64,000 bases of DNA from Armatimonadota bacterium. GTDB taxonomy: Bacteria; Armatimonadota; SYMT01. Under the pieces are notes generated by a model. It worked only from the letters and a program-made list of their open reading frames with translations. It did not search any database and was not told the DNA's origin. The first letter of the stretch is position 1. Every line of letters starts with the position of its first letter. The stretch spans positions 1,408,001 through 1,472,000 of the forward strand of contig JAWLHY010000001.1 in NCBI GenBank assembly GCA_041690135.1, read 5' to 3'. This document shows positions 49,484 to 57,951 of the stretch, in pieces. Both the position numbers and the translations under genes were made by a program.

Positions 49484-50689
49484 CTAACTGCTGCCGCGTC
49501 GCCCGCGCGAAGATTGCCCGCCCGATCCGCGCCGTCCCTGCTCGTTCTCACGTGGCGGCCTGCCGCTGGGACGATTGCCGCCCGGGCCGGACGGCCGGGT
49601 GCCACGATCGGTATTGCGCGGCCCGGGTCCGCTTGCACCCCGCCCGCCCCGATCGTCGCGACGGGTGGGAGTCCCTCTTCCGGTCTGGTCGTTCCGCGTG
49701 CCGTAAGAAGCACCGCGTCCGCCTCCCTGGCCATCTCTTTGGGTTCCCCGTCCCGCGCCCGGGCGAGATCCCGGCCGCGGGCCTCCTCCCTGATCCCGGT
49801 TCTGATCTCGGTCCCGATCCCGTTCGTTACCGCGTCCCGGTCCGGCGTCCCGGCTCTGGCGTCCGACGGACGTCTGCCGGTGGTCCGGGCGCTTCCGGGG
49901 TCGCGGCGTTGGGGCAGGTTCCGTCTCCGGTGCATTCATGGCGGCAAAGATCGCGTCCACCTCTCCCTGCATCAGGAACCGCCACTGCCCCAGCTTGAGG
50001 CGGTCCAGCTTCACCGGCCCAACGGCGACCCGTTTGAGGCGGTCGACGGGATGACCCACGGCCTGCAGCATGCGGCGGACCTGCTGCTGGCGACCCTCCC
50101 GCAGCTCGACCTCCAGGGTGGCGACTCCACGGGTGCGGTCAGCGCGTTTGATGGTGACCCGCGCCGGAAGGGTGCGCTGCCCGAAGAGGGGTACACCCGA
50201 TCGGAGCTTGTCGAGCGCATCCTGGTCGGGAATGCCGCGCACGTCCGCGACGTAGAGCTTCGTGATGCGATGGCTGGGATGAGTCACCGCGTTGGTGAAA
50301 GCTCCATCGTTGGTGAGCAGCAAGAGCCCTTCGCTCTGGGCGTCGAGGCGTCCCACCGGGTGCAGCGCATCGACCGCGGGGCTGTTCTTCCCGAACCGGG
50401 CCTCTAATGGAGGCCGGATCAGGTCCATTACCGTGTGCGTGGCGTGCGGGTCCTTACGCGTAGTGACGTAGCCCCGCGGCTTGTGAAGGGCGATGTAGAT
50501 CGGTTCGACCCGGGTCGAGATCGGCCGACCTTCCACCATGATGTGGTCGCGCTCGGGATCCACCTGGGTCCCGAGCTCTTTCACGACCTGTCCGTTAACT
50601 GTGACTTTCCCGCTCGCGATCAGGCTCTCCGCTTCCCGACGGGACGCGACGCCGGCGGCGGAGAGAACCTTTTGTAAACGCTCTTGCAT
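49484..50689 (-). CDS. rluB: 23S rRNA pseudouridine synthase (RluB-like) with R/G-rich disordered tail
   Basis: S4 domain ERLQKVLSAAGVASRR, HKPRGYVTT.KDP, VGRLD, GLLLLTNDG, EGRQQQVRRM; synteny with scpAB. Confidence 0.88.
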   Translation of the reverse strand: MQERLQKVLSAAGVASRREAESLIASGKVTVNGQVVKELGTQVDPERDHIMVEGRPISTRVEPIYIALHKPRGYVTTRKDPHATHTVMDLIRPPLEARFGKNSPAVDALHPVGRLDAQSEGLLLLTNDGAFTNAVTHPSHRITKLYVADVRGIPDQDALDKLRSGVPLFGQRTLPARVTIKRADRTRGVATLEVELREGRQQQVRRMLQAVGHPVDRLKRVAVGPVKLDRLKLGQWRFLMQGEVDAIFAAMNAPETEPAPTPRPRKRPDHRQTSVGRQSRDAGPGRGNERDRDRDQNRDQGGGPRPGSRPGAGRGTQRDGQGGGRGASYGTRNDQTGRGTPTRRDDRGGRGASGPGPRNTDRGTRPSGPGGNRPSGRPPRENEQGRRGSGGQSSRGRRGSS

Positions 50690-52040
50690 AGCGTGGTCCC
50701 AAAGTAAGGGCGGCCAGGAACATGGACAGCCCGGTCCACGGAACCAGCGCGAGAGTCTTGGCCTGATCGACGGCGCGGTCCGCCACCAAGTCTACCTCTC
50801 CCAGCGGTTGTCCGTCCACCACGGCGATTGCCCGTCCCACAACCTGCGACTGTCCTACCGGGGCCGGAAGGTCCTTGAGGAGCCTCACTTCCCGTTCCAG
50901 TTTCTTCCCATACTGGCGCGGAACAATCACCTGCAGATCATCCTGGGCGATGGCGGTGACGCTGGGGGCCGCTCCGTCCGCCACCGTGGTGACTCCCAGC
51001 GGCTGGTTTTTCTCCGCGAGGAAGATCGGCTGGAAATTCTTTCGACCCCAGTCCATCATCCGCGCCGTGTCTCCGTAGGTGTCGGAGCTGTTCAGGACGA
51101 CGGCCAGCAGCCGCCACGGCCGCCCCTGGTCCAGGCGGGTTGAGGAGGCCACCAGGCATTTCCCGGACTGCCGGACATAACCCGTCTTCACCCCGTCCGC
51201 GCCTTCGTAGCGGGTCAGGAGCTTGTTGTGGTTGCGGATCAGCCGATCTTTGGGGTTGAGGCTCCGCTCAATGATCTTTTCCTTGGTGGACACCGCCTCG
51301 TTGAAAAGCGGGTACTGGAAAGCGTGGCGCGCCATCAGCGCCAGATCGAAGGCGGTGCTGTAATGGTTCTTGTGGTACAGGCCGTTGGTGGTGACGAAGT
51401 TGGTATCGTTAGCGCCCAGCGTACGCGCGCGTGCCGTCATCTGCTGGGAAAACTTCCAGGCAGCTCCCGCCAGGTGCTCGCCCACCGCCACGCAGCTATC
51501 ATTGGAGCTGCGCAGCATCACTGCGTAGAGCAGGTCCCGCATCTTGAACTTTTCGCCGGGCTTGGCGTTCAGGTTCGCGTAGGGGGTAGCGCGAGCGTGC
51601 TGGCTGAAGGTGACCGTCTCGTCGAGGCGACCGCTCTCGATCATGAGGGTAGCCGTCATGATCTTGGTGGTCGAAGCCATGGGGCGGCGGGTCCGGCTGT
51701 TTTTCTCCCACAGCACCGTTCCCGTGGCGGCATCCACCAGGATGGCGGAAGCGGCGGTGCACTCCGGATCGGAAAGCGCCGGCAGCGCGGGTAACTTGCC
51801 CGCTGCCCCTGGAGGCGGGAGCACCGAGGGCGTGCCCGGCATGGCCGGCATCGGCTCCTGTGCCTGGCTCGCCGGCGGAAGCATGCCTACCCCCGCCAGT
51901 CCGGCGGAGAGAATGACGAGACTCACCGTACCGCAACGGCCGAGATGGCCGTTAGTCGCTGACGATCCCTTTGAACGACTGCAGAACCTGCGGAGCGACT
52001 CAAACCAGCAGGTCACGTTTGTCGGGCATTGCCGCGCCAA
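50595..52040 (-). CDS. D-alanyl-D-alanine carboxypeptidase (peptidase S11)
   Basis: MASTTKIMT (SxxK), SSND (SxN), GVKTGY, PBP5_C-like domain, C-terminal TM; TTG start with GGAGG. Confidence 0.92.
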   Translation of the reverse strand: MARQCPTNVTCWFESLRRFCSRSKGSSATNGHLGRCGTVSLVILSAGLAGVGMLPPASQAQEPMPAMPGTPSVLPPPGAAGKLPALPALSDPECTAASAILVDAATGTVLWEKNSRTRRPMASTTKIMTATLMIESGRLDETVTFSQHARATPYANLNAKPGEKFKMRDLLYAVMLRSSNDSCVAVGEHLAGAAWKFSQQMTARARTLGANDTNFVTTNGLYHKNHYSTAFDLALMARHAFQYPLFNEAVSTKEKIIERSLNPKDRLIRNHNKLLTRYEGADGVKTGYVRQSGKCLVASSTRLDQGRPWRLLAVVLNSSDTYGDTARMMDWGRKNFQPIFLAEKNQPLGVTTVADGAAPSVTAIAQDDLQVIVPRQYGKKLEREVRLLKDLPAPVGQSQVVGRAIAVVDGQPLGEVDLVADRAVDQAKTLALVPWTGLSMFLAALTLGPRYARAFTKGSLRRRRRVPSGSGEPDRERESHS

Positions 52041-52554
52041 GACTATCCTCCAGTTTCGGTAACTCGGAGAGATCCGCGAGGCCGAAGTGCTTGAGGAAGT
52101 ACTCCGTGGTCCGGTAGAGGATGGGCCGCCCCGGCGCGTCCTTCCGGCCTGCTTCGCGTATCAGTTCTCGCTCTAACAGGGTCTTGATGACCCCGTCGCT
52201 CTTCACGCCCCGCAAGGCGTCGATTTCCGGAACGGTGATGGGTTGCTCGTAGGCGACGATCGCCAGAGTCTCCAGCGCCTGCCGGGAAAGTCGCTGTGCG
52301 GCAGGCCGGAGAAAGGCCGAAACCACCGCAGCGAACTCGGGCCGGGTGCGCAACTGGTAGCCGCCCGCCACTCGGATGACGTGCAGTCCCCCGCCGTTCG
52401 TGTAGTGTAGCCGAAAGTCTTCGAGTGCGCGAGTCGCGGTCTCCTCGTCGAGGTCCAAAACCTCCCCTAACCGGCGGGGTGTCACCGGTTCGGGCGCCAC
52501 GAAAAGCAGGCACTCCAGCACTGAATGAAGCTGCCGCAGAGCTTCCTGGTCCAT
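52000..52554 (-). CDS. scpB: SMC-Scp complex subunit ScpB
   Basis: LECLLFVAPEP, VAGGYQLRT, LSRQALETLAIVAYEQPIT..EID..RGV, PGRPILY.TT..FL..FGL. Confidence 0.96.
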   Translation of the reverse strand: MDQEALRQLHSVLECLLFVAPEPVTPRRLGEVLDLDEETATRALEDFRLHYTNGGGLHVIRVAGGYQLRTRPEFAAVVSAFLRPAAQRLSRQALETLAIVAYEQPITVPEIDALRGVKSDGVIKTLLERELIREAGRKDAPGRPILYRTTEYFLKHFGLADLSELPKLEDSLGAAMPDKRDLLV

Positions 52555-52640
52555 GTTCACCCGCTGCTGCCGCGGCTGGGGCCGCGGTGTTCCACATCCA
52601 TTTCTTAGTTCGGCTGCTTGAACGGAGTTCCCGACTCGGG

Positions 52641-53486
52641 TTACTCCTGTTCTGCCGTTTTGTCTATGTTCTCTTCCGGAGCGATTTGCCCTGCCTCCTC
52701 CGGTGCGGAAGAGGGGGAAAGCGCGGGTAGAAGATAGATCTCGCCGGTGGGTCCTTCCTGCCAGGCGGAAACCTGAGCGAGGCGGATGAGTTCGAGAATC
52801 GCCAGGAAATAGATGAGGATCAGGGATCGGTCTCGCCGGAGGCCCCCCCGCGTCACGAGTGAGCTGAACGGCAAGGGTCCGGATTGCGTCCGCACCCGCC
52901 GCACGATCTCGTCCGCGGCCTGGCGGATGTTGATCGCATGGCGGCGAATGCGCAGTTGCGCCGTCTGGGCACCCTTGCCTTCCTCCTCCTCCGCCGACAT
53001 CCGCCGCAGTGCTTCGAGGAGGTCGCGCGCCTGGAGCTCCACCAGCGGGACGGCGCCTTCCCACTGCTCCACCACACTCCGCGTAAAGGTGCGTTGCGTT
53101 TGGACGGCCAACTCCTGAAGCTGTTCCGCCACCTGCTGGAAGCGCTCGTACTCCAACAGCCGCGCCACCAGCTCGGCTCGCGGGTCCTGTCCCAGCTCAT
53201 CCAGGCTGGTTTCGGGAAGCGGGTCGGGCCGGGGAAGCAGCGTACGCGATTTGATTTCCATCAAAGTCGCCGCGATCACCAGGAATTCGCCCGCTACGTC
53301 CAGATCCAGCGCGTCCATCATGGCGAGATACTCCATGTACTGCTCCGTTACGAGCGATATGGAGACCTCGCTGATATCCAGCTTGTTCGTCCGGATCAGG
53401 TGCAGCAGCAGATCGAGCGGACCCTCGAACACCGGCAGCTTCACCGGATAGGCACTGCGGGTGATTCGGAGGTTGGTAGCATTCAT
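52641..53486 (-). CDS. scpA: Segregation/condensation protein ScpA
   Basis: FEGPLDLLLHLI, EFLVIAATL.EIKSR.LLP, DPR.ELV.RLLEY, FLAILEL. Confidence 0.96.
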   Translation of the reverse strand: MNATNLRITRSAYPVKLPVFEGPLDLLLHLIRTNKLDISEVSISLVTEQYMEYLAMMDALDLDVAGEFLVIAATLMEIKSRTLLPRPDPLPETSLDELGQDPRAELVARLLEYERFQQVAEQLQELAVQTQRTFTRSVVEQWEGAVPLVELQARDLLEALRRMSAEEEEGKGAQTAQLRIRRHAINIRQAADEIVRRVRTQSGPLPFSSLVTRGGLRRDRSLILIYFLAILELIRLAQVSAWQEGPTGEIYLLPALSPSSAPEEAGQIAPEENIDKTAEQE

Positions 53487-53614
53487 AGTGGAGGTGGCGA
53501 GGGTAAGGGAGTAAGGGGGTATGCAAGTGGGAAATTGGGAAGTCACCAGGTTCTTGCGAGGTGCTGGTCACTGTCCGGCGGAATCACCCTTCCATCCCCT
53601 ACTCCCACACTACC

Positions 53615-54655
53615 CTACTTCGTAACCGTACTCCGGACCAGCTTCTCCAGGTCCTCCCGGGGTGCATCGCCCACGGCCAGGAAATAGGTGCGACCCTGCG
53701 CATCGTTGTGCTCGTAGCGCACCGTAAGGTCTGCGTCCGCCCCACGGGCGAAGCAGTTTGTCGTGGAGACGCAGTCCGGATGGCCGCACTCGAAGATGCT
53801 GATGGCGTTCAGCCCATCCCAGTACTCCAGCCGAGCCGCCTGGTGCGGGCGAGCGCACGAACAGGGGGTCTGGTACCCTCCGCGGAAGCGATAACCCGGC
53901 GGCAGCCACTGGGGCCGGCGCACCTGGAACCCGATCAACCGAGAAAGCCTTTCCGGATCGAAGGGAGTACCGGTGTCCCCGAGCTGTGCCGACCCGTACT
54001 TCCGGAGCAGGTCATCCGACGGCCGAAACTCCGCATCTTTCGGCGCTTCTACCTCGGATAGGTACCGCACCTGGGTGAAACGCGTGCTCCGCAGGAGTTG
54101 ATCGTTCTGCCCGTAGTCTTCACTGGCCAGGATTACCGAGGTTGCCGGGTCGATCCAGATCCGCTTCCAGCGCCCGTGCTCGCTCTTGGGACGCATTTCC
54201 ACTGTGACGGCACGTCGCCCGGCCACCTGCCCTGTGGCATCCATTCTGACATTGTAATTCTTGAGCAGCTGGAGTTCCGGCGCCTCCCCTTCCGGCTGAC
54301 GGGCATGGGCGACGGTGAGGCGCTTCCGCAGCGGGTTGTACCGGTACGTGCGCTTGCCGTCTTCCCAGATGGTCACGCCTTCGATCGGACTGGTCACATA
54401 CTTGATACGGATCCGGCCGTCCGCGGAGGAAAGCACCTCGGCCTCCACCTGGAGCGGTTTTCCGCCCTCTCCGGGCATTCGGATCTCCTGGCGCCCTTCC
54501 AGGGCTACGCGGCGTCCTTCCGTCCAAGCCTTTTGGACCAACGCGTGGGGGTCCTGTCTCGGGGCGGCGCCTACCTGGCGCATCCGCATGAGCCAGAGGC
54601 CTCCCCCGACCAGGGCACAAACTACGGCCACCAGCCAGGGTGTACTGCGTTCCAT
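53615..54655 (-). CDS. MucB/RseB-like sigma-E regulatory protein
   Basis: N-terminal TM; LLKNY....GQVAGR, RIWID.AT.VIL.SE.Y, PQWLPPGY, Y.DGLN.ISIFE; downstream of anti-sigma. Confidence 0.82.
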   Translation of the reverse strand: MERSTPWLVAVVCALVGGGLWLMRMRQVGAAPRQDPHALVQKAWTEGRRVALEGRQEIRMPGEGGKPLQVEAEVLSSADGRIRIKYVTSPIEGVTIWEDGKRTYRYNPLRKRLTVAHARQPEGEAPELQLLKNYNVRMDATGQVAGRRAVTVEMRPKSEHGRWKRIWIDPATSVILASEDYGQNDQLLRSTRFTQVRYLSEVEAPKDAEFRPSDDLLRKYGSAQLGDTGTPFDPERLSRLIGFQVRRPQWLPPGYRFRGGYQTPCSCARPHQAARLEYWDGLNAISIFECGHPDCVSTTNCFARGADADLTVRYEHNDAQGRTYFLAVGDAPREDLEKLVRSTVTK

Positions 54656-55230
54656 CACTGAACTCCTGGAGCTCCCTTCTCCCGATCCGGTTCCCGTTCG
54701 GGTTCCCGATCGGAACGCGGCTCCGCGTCTTCCTGCCTGACGAGCTGCGCCAGGGCTTCCCACGCCACCCGGTCGGTCAGCGGGCCTTCGCTGGCGGAGA
54801 GTGCATGCTGCCGGATCGATTGCGCCAGGGCCGTATTCGCAACACCCGGTCCGTTACCCGGGTGCACATCGATCGGCGGTGCGATCGCCGATTGTCCGAC
54901 CGGAAGGAACAGGCCCAGGGCCACAGATGCCATGGCCATGCCCATCGCCGCGGCACGGGCCGGCCGGCTGTAGAGGAACGACCACCACGCCGGCTGCTGT
55001 CGCACCACCCGTCCGGATTCGATCTGGTTTCGAACCGCATTGAACAGGCCCGCGGGAGGGGTCCGAGCCCCGAACTCCGCAACCAGGTCCCCCACGGATT
55101 CGAGCGCGCGGAGTTCCGCGCGGCAATCGGCACAGTCGTGAAGGTGAGCCTTCACCTGGGCCTCCTGCCCGCCGGAAAGGATCTCCACGGAGTAATCCGG
55201 CAGCAGATCGCGAATCTGCGAGCAATCCAT
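54655..55230 (-). CDS. Anti-sigma factor with zf-HC2 (ZAS) domain and TM
   Basis: MDC..IRDLL.DY....HLHDCADC; TM AAAMGMAMASVALGLFL. Confidence 0.9.
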   Translation of the reverse strand: MDCSQIRDLLPDYSVEILSGGQEAQVKAHLHDCADCRAELRALESVGDLVAEFGARTPPAGLFNAVRNQIESGRVVRQQPAWWSFLYSRPARAAAMGMAMASVALGLFLPVGQSAIAPPIDVHPGNGPGVANTALAQSIRQHALSASEGPLTDRVAWEALAQLVRQEDAEPRSDREPEREPDREKGAPGVQ

Positions 55231-55241
55231 TTTCCTACCCT

Positions 55242-55904
55242 CTACCCTTCCACATAGCCGGCGAGTTTCCGTCGCAGCGCGTCTCTTGCTCGGGCCAGCC
55301 GCGACTTCACCGTGCCGACCGAACAGTTCATCACTTTCGCGATCTCTTCTACAGGCATTCCTTCGATATGGTGCAGCGTCACCACCGTGCGATGGTCCGG
55401 CGAGAGGCCCTGGATGGCCCGCTGCACGGTATCCTGCATCGCCCGGGTTTGCGTGGCGTCGGCTGGGTCGCCGCTGTAATCGGCGATCTCCCGCTGCCCG
55501 CCTTCTTCCTCGCCGTCGTTAAACGGCTGGTCCAGGGACTCCTGGCGCACTCGCGTGTTGTCGCGGATCCAGTTCCGGGCCAGGTTTCCGGCGATCCGAT
55601 AGAGCCAGGAGGCGAAGGCCTCCGGCGCCTGGAGCCGGGGTAGTGCTTTCCATACCCGGACGAACGCATCCTGGGTCAGGTCCGCCGCATCCTGGTCGCT
55701 GCGCACCATCTGGTAGATGATGTTGTAGACGCCCCGATGGTACTGGTTAAAAAGTTGTTCGAAGGCCTCCAGGTCCCCAGCCTGGGCCCGGCGTACCCAC
55801 TCCGTCTGCGAATTATCAGCCAAGTCTCGCCTCAGGGCGCGGGTCTCACTATTTGGACCCAGGAAACGGGGAAACGTTCCCACGCTTTGGGGCGCAAATG
55901 CCAT
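55242..55904 (-). CDS. ECF sigma factor (RpoE-like)
   Basis: GDLEAFEQL, DAADLTQDAF, FASWLYRIA.N, EEIAKVMNCSVGTVKSRLARAR. Confidence 0.95.
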   Translation of the reverse strand: MAFAPQSVGTFPRFLGPNSETRALRRDLADNSQTEWVRRAQAGDLEAFEQLFNQYHRGVYNIIYQMVRSDQDAADLTQDAFVRVWKALPRLQAPEAFASWLYRIAGNLARNWIRDNTRVRQESLDQPFNDGEEEGGQREIADYSGDPADATQTRAMQDTVQRAIQGLSPDHRTVVTLHHIEGMPVEEIAKVMNCSVGTVKSRLARARDALRRKLAGYVEG

Positions 55905-56062
55905 TGGTTCACCCTCTATTTATACCGCAGGTGGCGCTTTCCGCGCGCTTACCTACCTGCTGGAGAAGTTGGCGTTACTTCTTGTTCTTGCTACGAGGGT
56001 CCAGACACGGGCCCGGAGCATCCGGTTCCCACGATTGTGGCGGTGTTCGGGCACTTGGCATT

Positions 56063-56097
56063 GGGTGTTCGGGTGTTCGGGTGTTCGGGTGTTCGGG
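56063..56097. repeat. Octamer tandem repeat (GGGTGTTC)4
   Basis: Four perfect copies plus a partial copy at 56042. Confidence 0.9.
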
Positions 56098-56107
56098 CCC
56101 CCAAGAT

Positions 56108-56269
56108 CGTCATTGCGAGGAGCAACGAATCTGCTGCAACTTCACAGTCGCGATCAGCCTCCCTTCGAAGCACCTAAGTCCTGCCATGATCCTGTAAGCG
56201 ACGCGGCAAGCCCCCTGGTCAGGGCACCTGTAACAGACCGGCACCCATTGCACCCGTCTCGCGATGACG
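56108..56269. repeat. CGTC-type element bounded by inverted repeats
   Basis: CGTCATTGCGAG (56108) ... CTCGCGATGACG (56269), 11/12 inverted match. Confidence 0.65.
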
Positions 56270-56295
56270 AACAGAGGCCGAGTGGGACCGCAACA

Positions 56296-56335
56296 TAGAA
56301 AGGGGCCAGGCTGCCGAACGCGCAACCTGGCCCCC
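56296..56335 (-). terminator. Rho-independent terminator after nuoN
   Basis: Minus GGGGCCAGG-N15-CCTGGCCCC-TTTCT. Confidence 0.65.
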
Positions 56336-56360
56336 TCCTTCAACCCTCTCGCGGCGGTTC

Positions 56361-57926
56361 CTATTGCTTCATCGCCGTGACGGGCGGCGGCACGCGGAAG
56401 AAACCATCGCCGACCCGCTGCGCCAGGGAGAAGGCGCTCCCCGCCCAGAGGCCGAGGGCGATCGTCCCGACCGCCGTGAGCGCCAGGGCGGTGCGCGTGT
56501 GCCAGCCGGTGCTCAGCACGGCGATCGGCTCGCCCTCTTCCGGCTTGTCGAAGTACATCGCCCGGACCACGCCCAGGTAGTAGTAGAACGACACGGCCGA
56601 GGTCAGCGCGAAGAGGACCACCAGCCACACCAGCGGGGCGTTCATCCCGATCAGGGCGCGGATGATGAACAGCTTGCCGAAGAAGCCCGCGGTAGGCGGA
56701 AGGCCCGCCAGCGAGAGCATGAAGAGCGACATCAGCCCGGCGAGAAGCGGGTACTTGGTGGCCACCCCGGCGAGGTCGCTCACCGTCTGCACCTCGTGCC
56801 CCTTCTTGCGAAGCGCCATGATCACGCCGAAGGCGCCCAGGTTGCTCACCGTATAGGTCAGGGCGTAGAAGAGCACCGCGCTCACGGCCTGCGTTCGCGG
56901 GTCCGGACCCATCATGAAGCCCCCGACGCCAGGACGTACTGCCGCAACGAGGCCCACTAGCATGTAGCCCGCGTGGGCGATGCTGGAGTAGGCCAGCATC
57001 CGCTTCAGGCTGGGCTGGACCACCGCCACGACGTTGCCGACGAGCATCGTCAGCGCCGCGATGCTGGCGAGGACCGCCGAGATCTGGAACTGAAGGTTCT
57101 GGTCCTGGAAGCCGGATGCGATCACTCGCAGGAACGCGGCGAACCCGGCGGACTTCGCGACCACCGACATGAACGCGGTCACGGAAGTCGGGGCCCCTTC
57201 GTAAACGTCCGGGGTCCAGATATGGAACGGAACCACCGCCACCTTGAACCCGAACCCGACCAGGATCATCGCCACACCGCCCAGGAGCATGAAGTTCTTG
57301 GCCGGCTCCGCGCCGCCCGCGGCAATGTCGCCCAATGAGGTGACGATGTTCGGGATGTCGATGTGTCCCGTAGCTCCGTAGACCAGCGCGATCCCGTAGA
57401 GCAGGAACGCCGAGGCGAACGCGCCGAGCAGGAAGTACTTCAGCGCCGACTCGTCGCTTTCGAGGCGTTCGGTCTGGTAGCCCGCCAAGATGTACAGCGA
57501 AATGCTGAGGATCTCGAGACCGATGAACACGCAGATCAGGTTCAGCGAAGCGGCCATCACGATCCCCCCGAGGGTCGTGAAGAGGATGAGCACGTAGTAC
57601 TCGCCCTGGTTGCCGCCTTCCCGCTCCAGGTAGTTCACGGAGAGCAGGATCGAAAGCGCCGCGCCCAGCACGAACACGATCGTAAAGAACGCCGTGTAGC
57701 CGTCGGCGATCACCATGCCGTTCATAGCCGGCTGGGCCTCCGCTTTAGGCCACGTTACTCCGGCGACCACGCCGGCGGCAATCAGGCCGAGGACGGAGAA
57801 ATTAGCTAACCCGCGCTTCGAAATCTTCGGCCAGAACGCGTCGGTGAGGAGGACGATCATCCCCACGACGGCGAGGATCAACTGCGGGCTGATGGCCAGC
57901 AGATCTTTATAAGATGGAATCGGCAT
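56361..57926 (-). CDS. nuoN: NADH-quinone oxidoreductase subunit N
   Basis: GLEILS..LY.LAG, ESALKYFLLGA, GFKVAVVPFHIWTPDVYEGAPT, KRMLAYSSIAHAGY. Confidence 0.97.
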   Translation of the reverse strand: MPIPSYKDLLAISPQLILAVVGMIVLLTDAFWPKISKRGLANFSVLGLIAAGVVAGVTWPKAEAQPAMNGMVIADGYTAFFTIVFVLGAALSILLSVNYLEREGGNQGEYYVLILFTTLGGIVMAASLNLICVFIGLEILSISLYILAGYQTERLESDESALKYFLLGAFASAFLLYGIALVYGATGHIDIPNIVTSLGDIAAGGAEPAKNFMLLGGVAMILVGFGFKVAVVPFHIWTPDVYEGAPTSVTAFMSVVAKSAGFAAFLRVIASGFQDQNLQFQISAVLASIAALTMLVGNVVAVVQPSLKRMLAYSSIAHAGYMLVGLVAAVRPGVGGFMMGPDPRTQAVSAVLFYALTYTVSNLGAFGVIMALRKKGHEVQTVSDLAGVATKYPLLAGLMSLFMLSLAGLPPTAGFFGKLFIIRALIGMNAPLVWLVVLFALTSAVSFYYYLGVVRAMYFDKPEEGEPIAVLSTGWHTRTALALTAVGTIALGLWAGSAFSLAQRVGDGFFRVPPPVTAMKQ

Positions 57927-57951
57927 TAACCCAGAAACCCTTCTGACCGCC

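Noticed and set aside
52555-53064. Long N-terminal extension of ScpB
   Set aside because: Overlaps scpA in another frame; ScpB homology begins near ATG 52554
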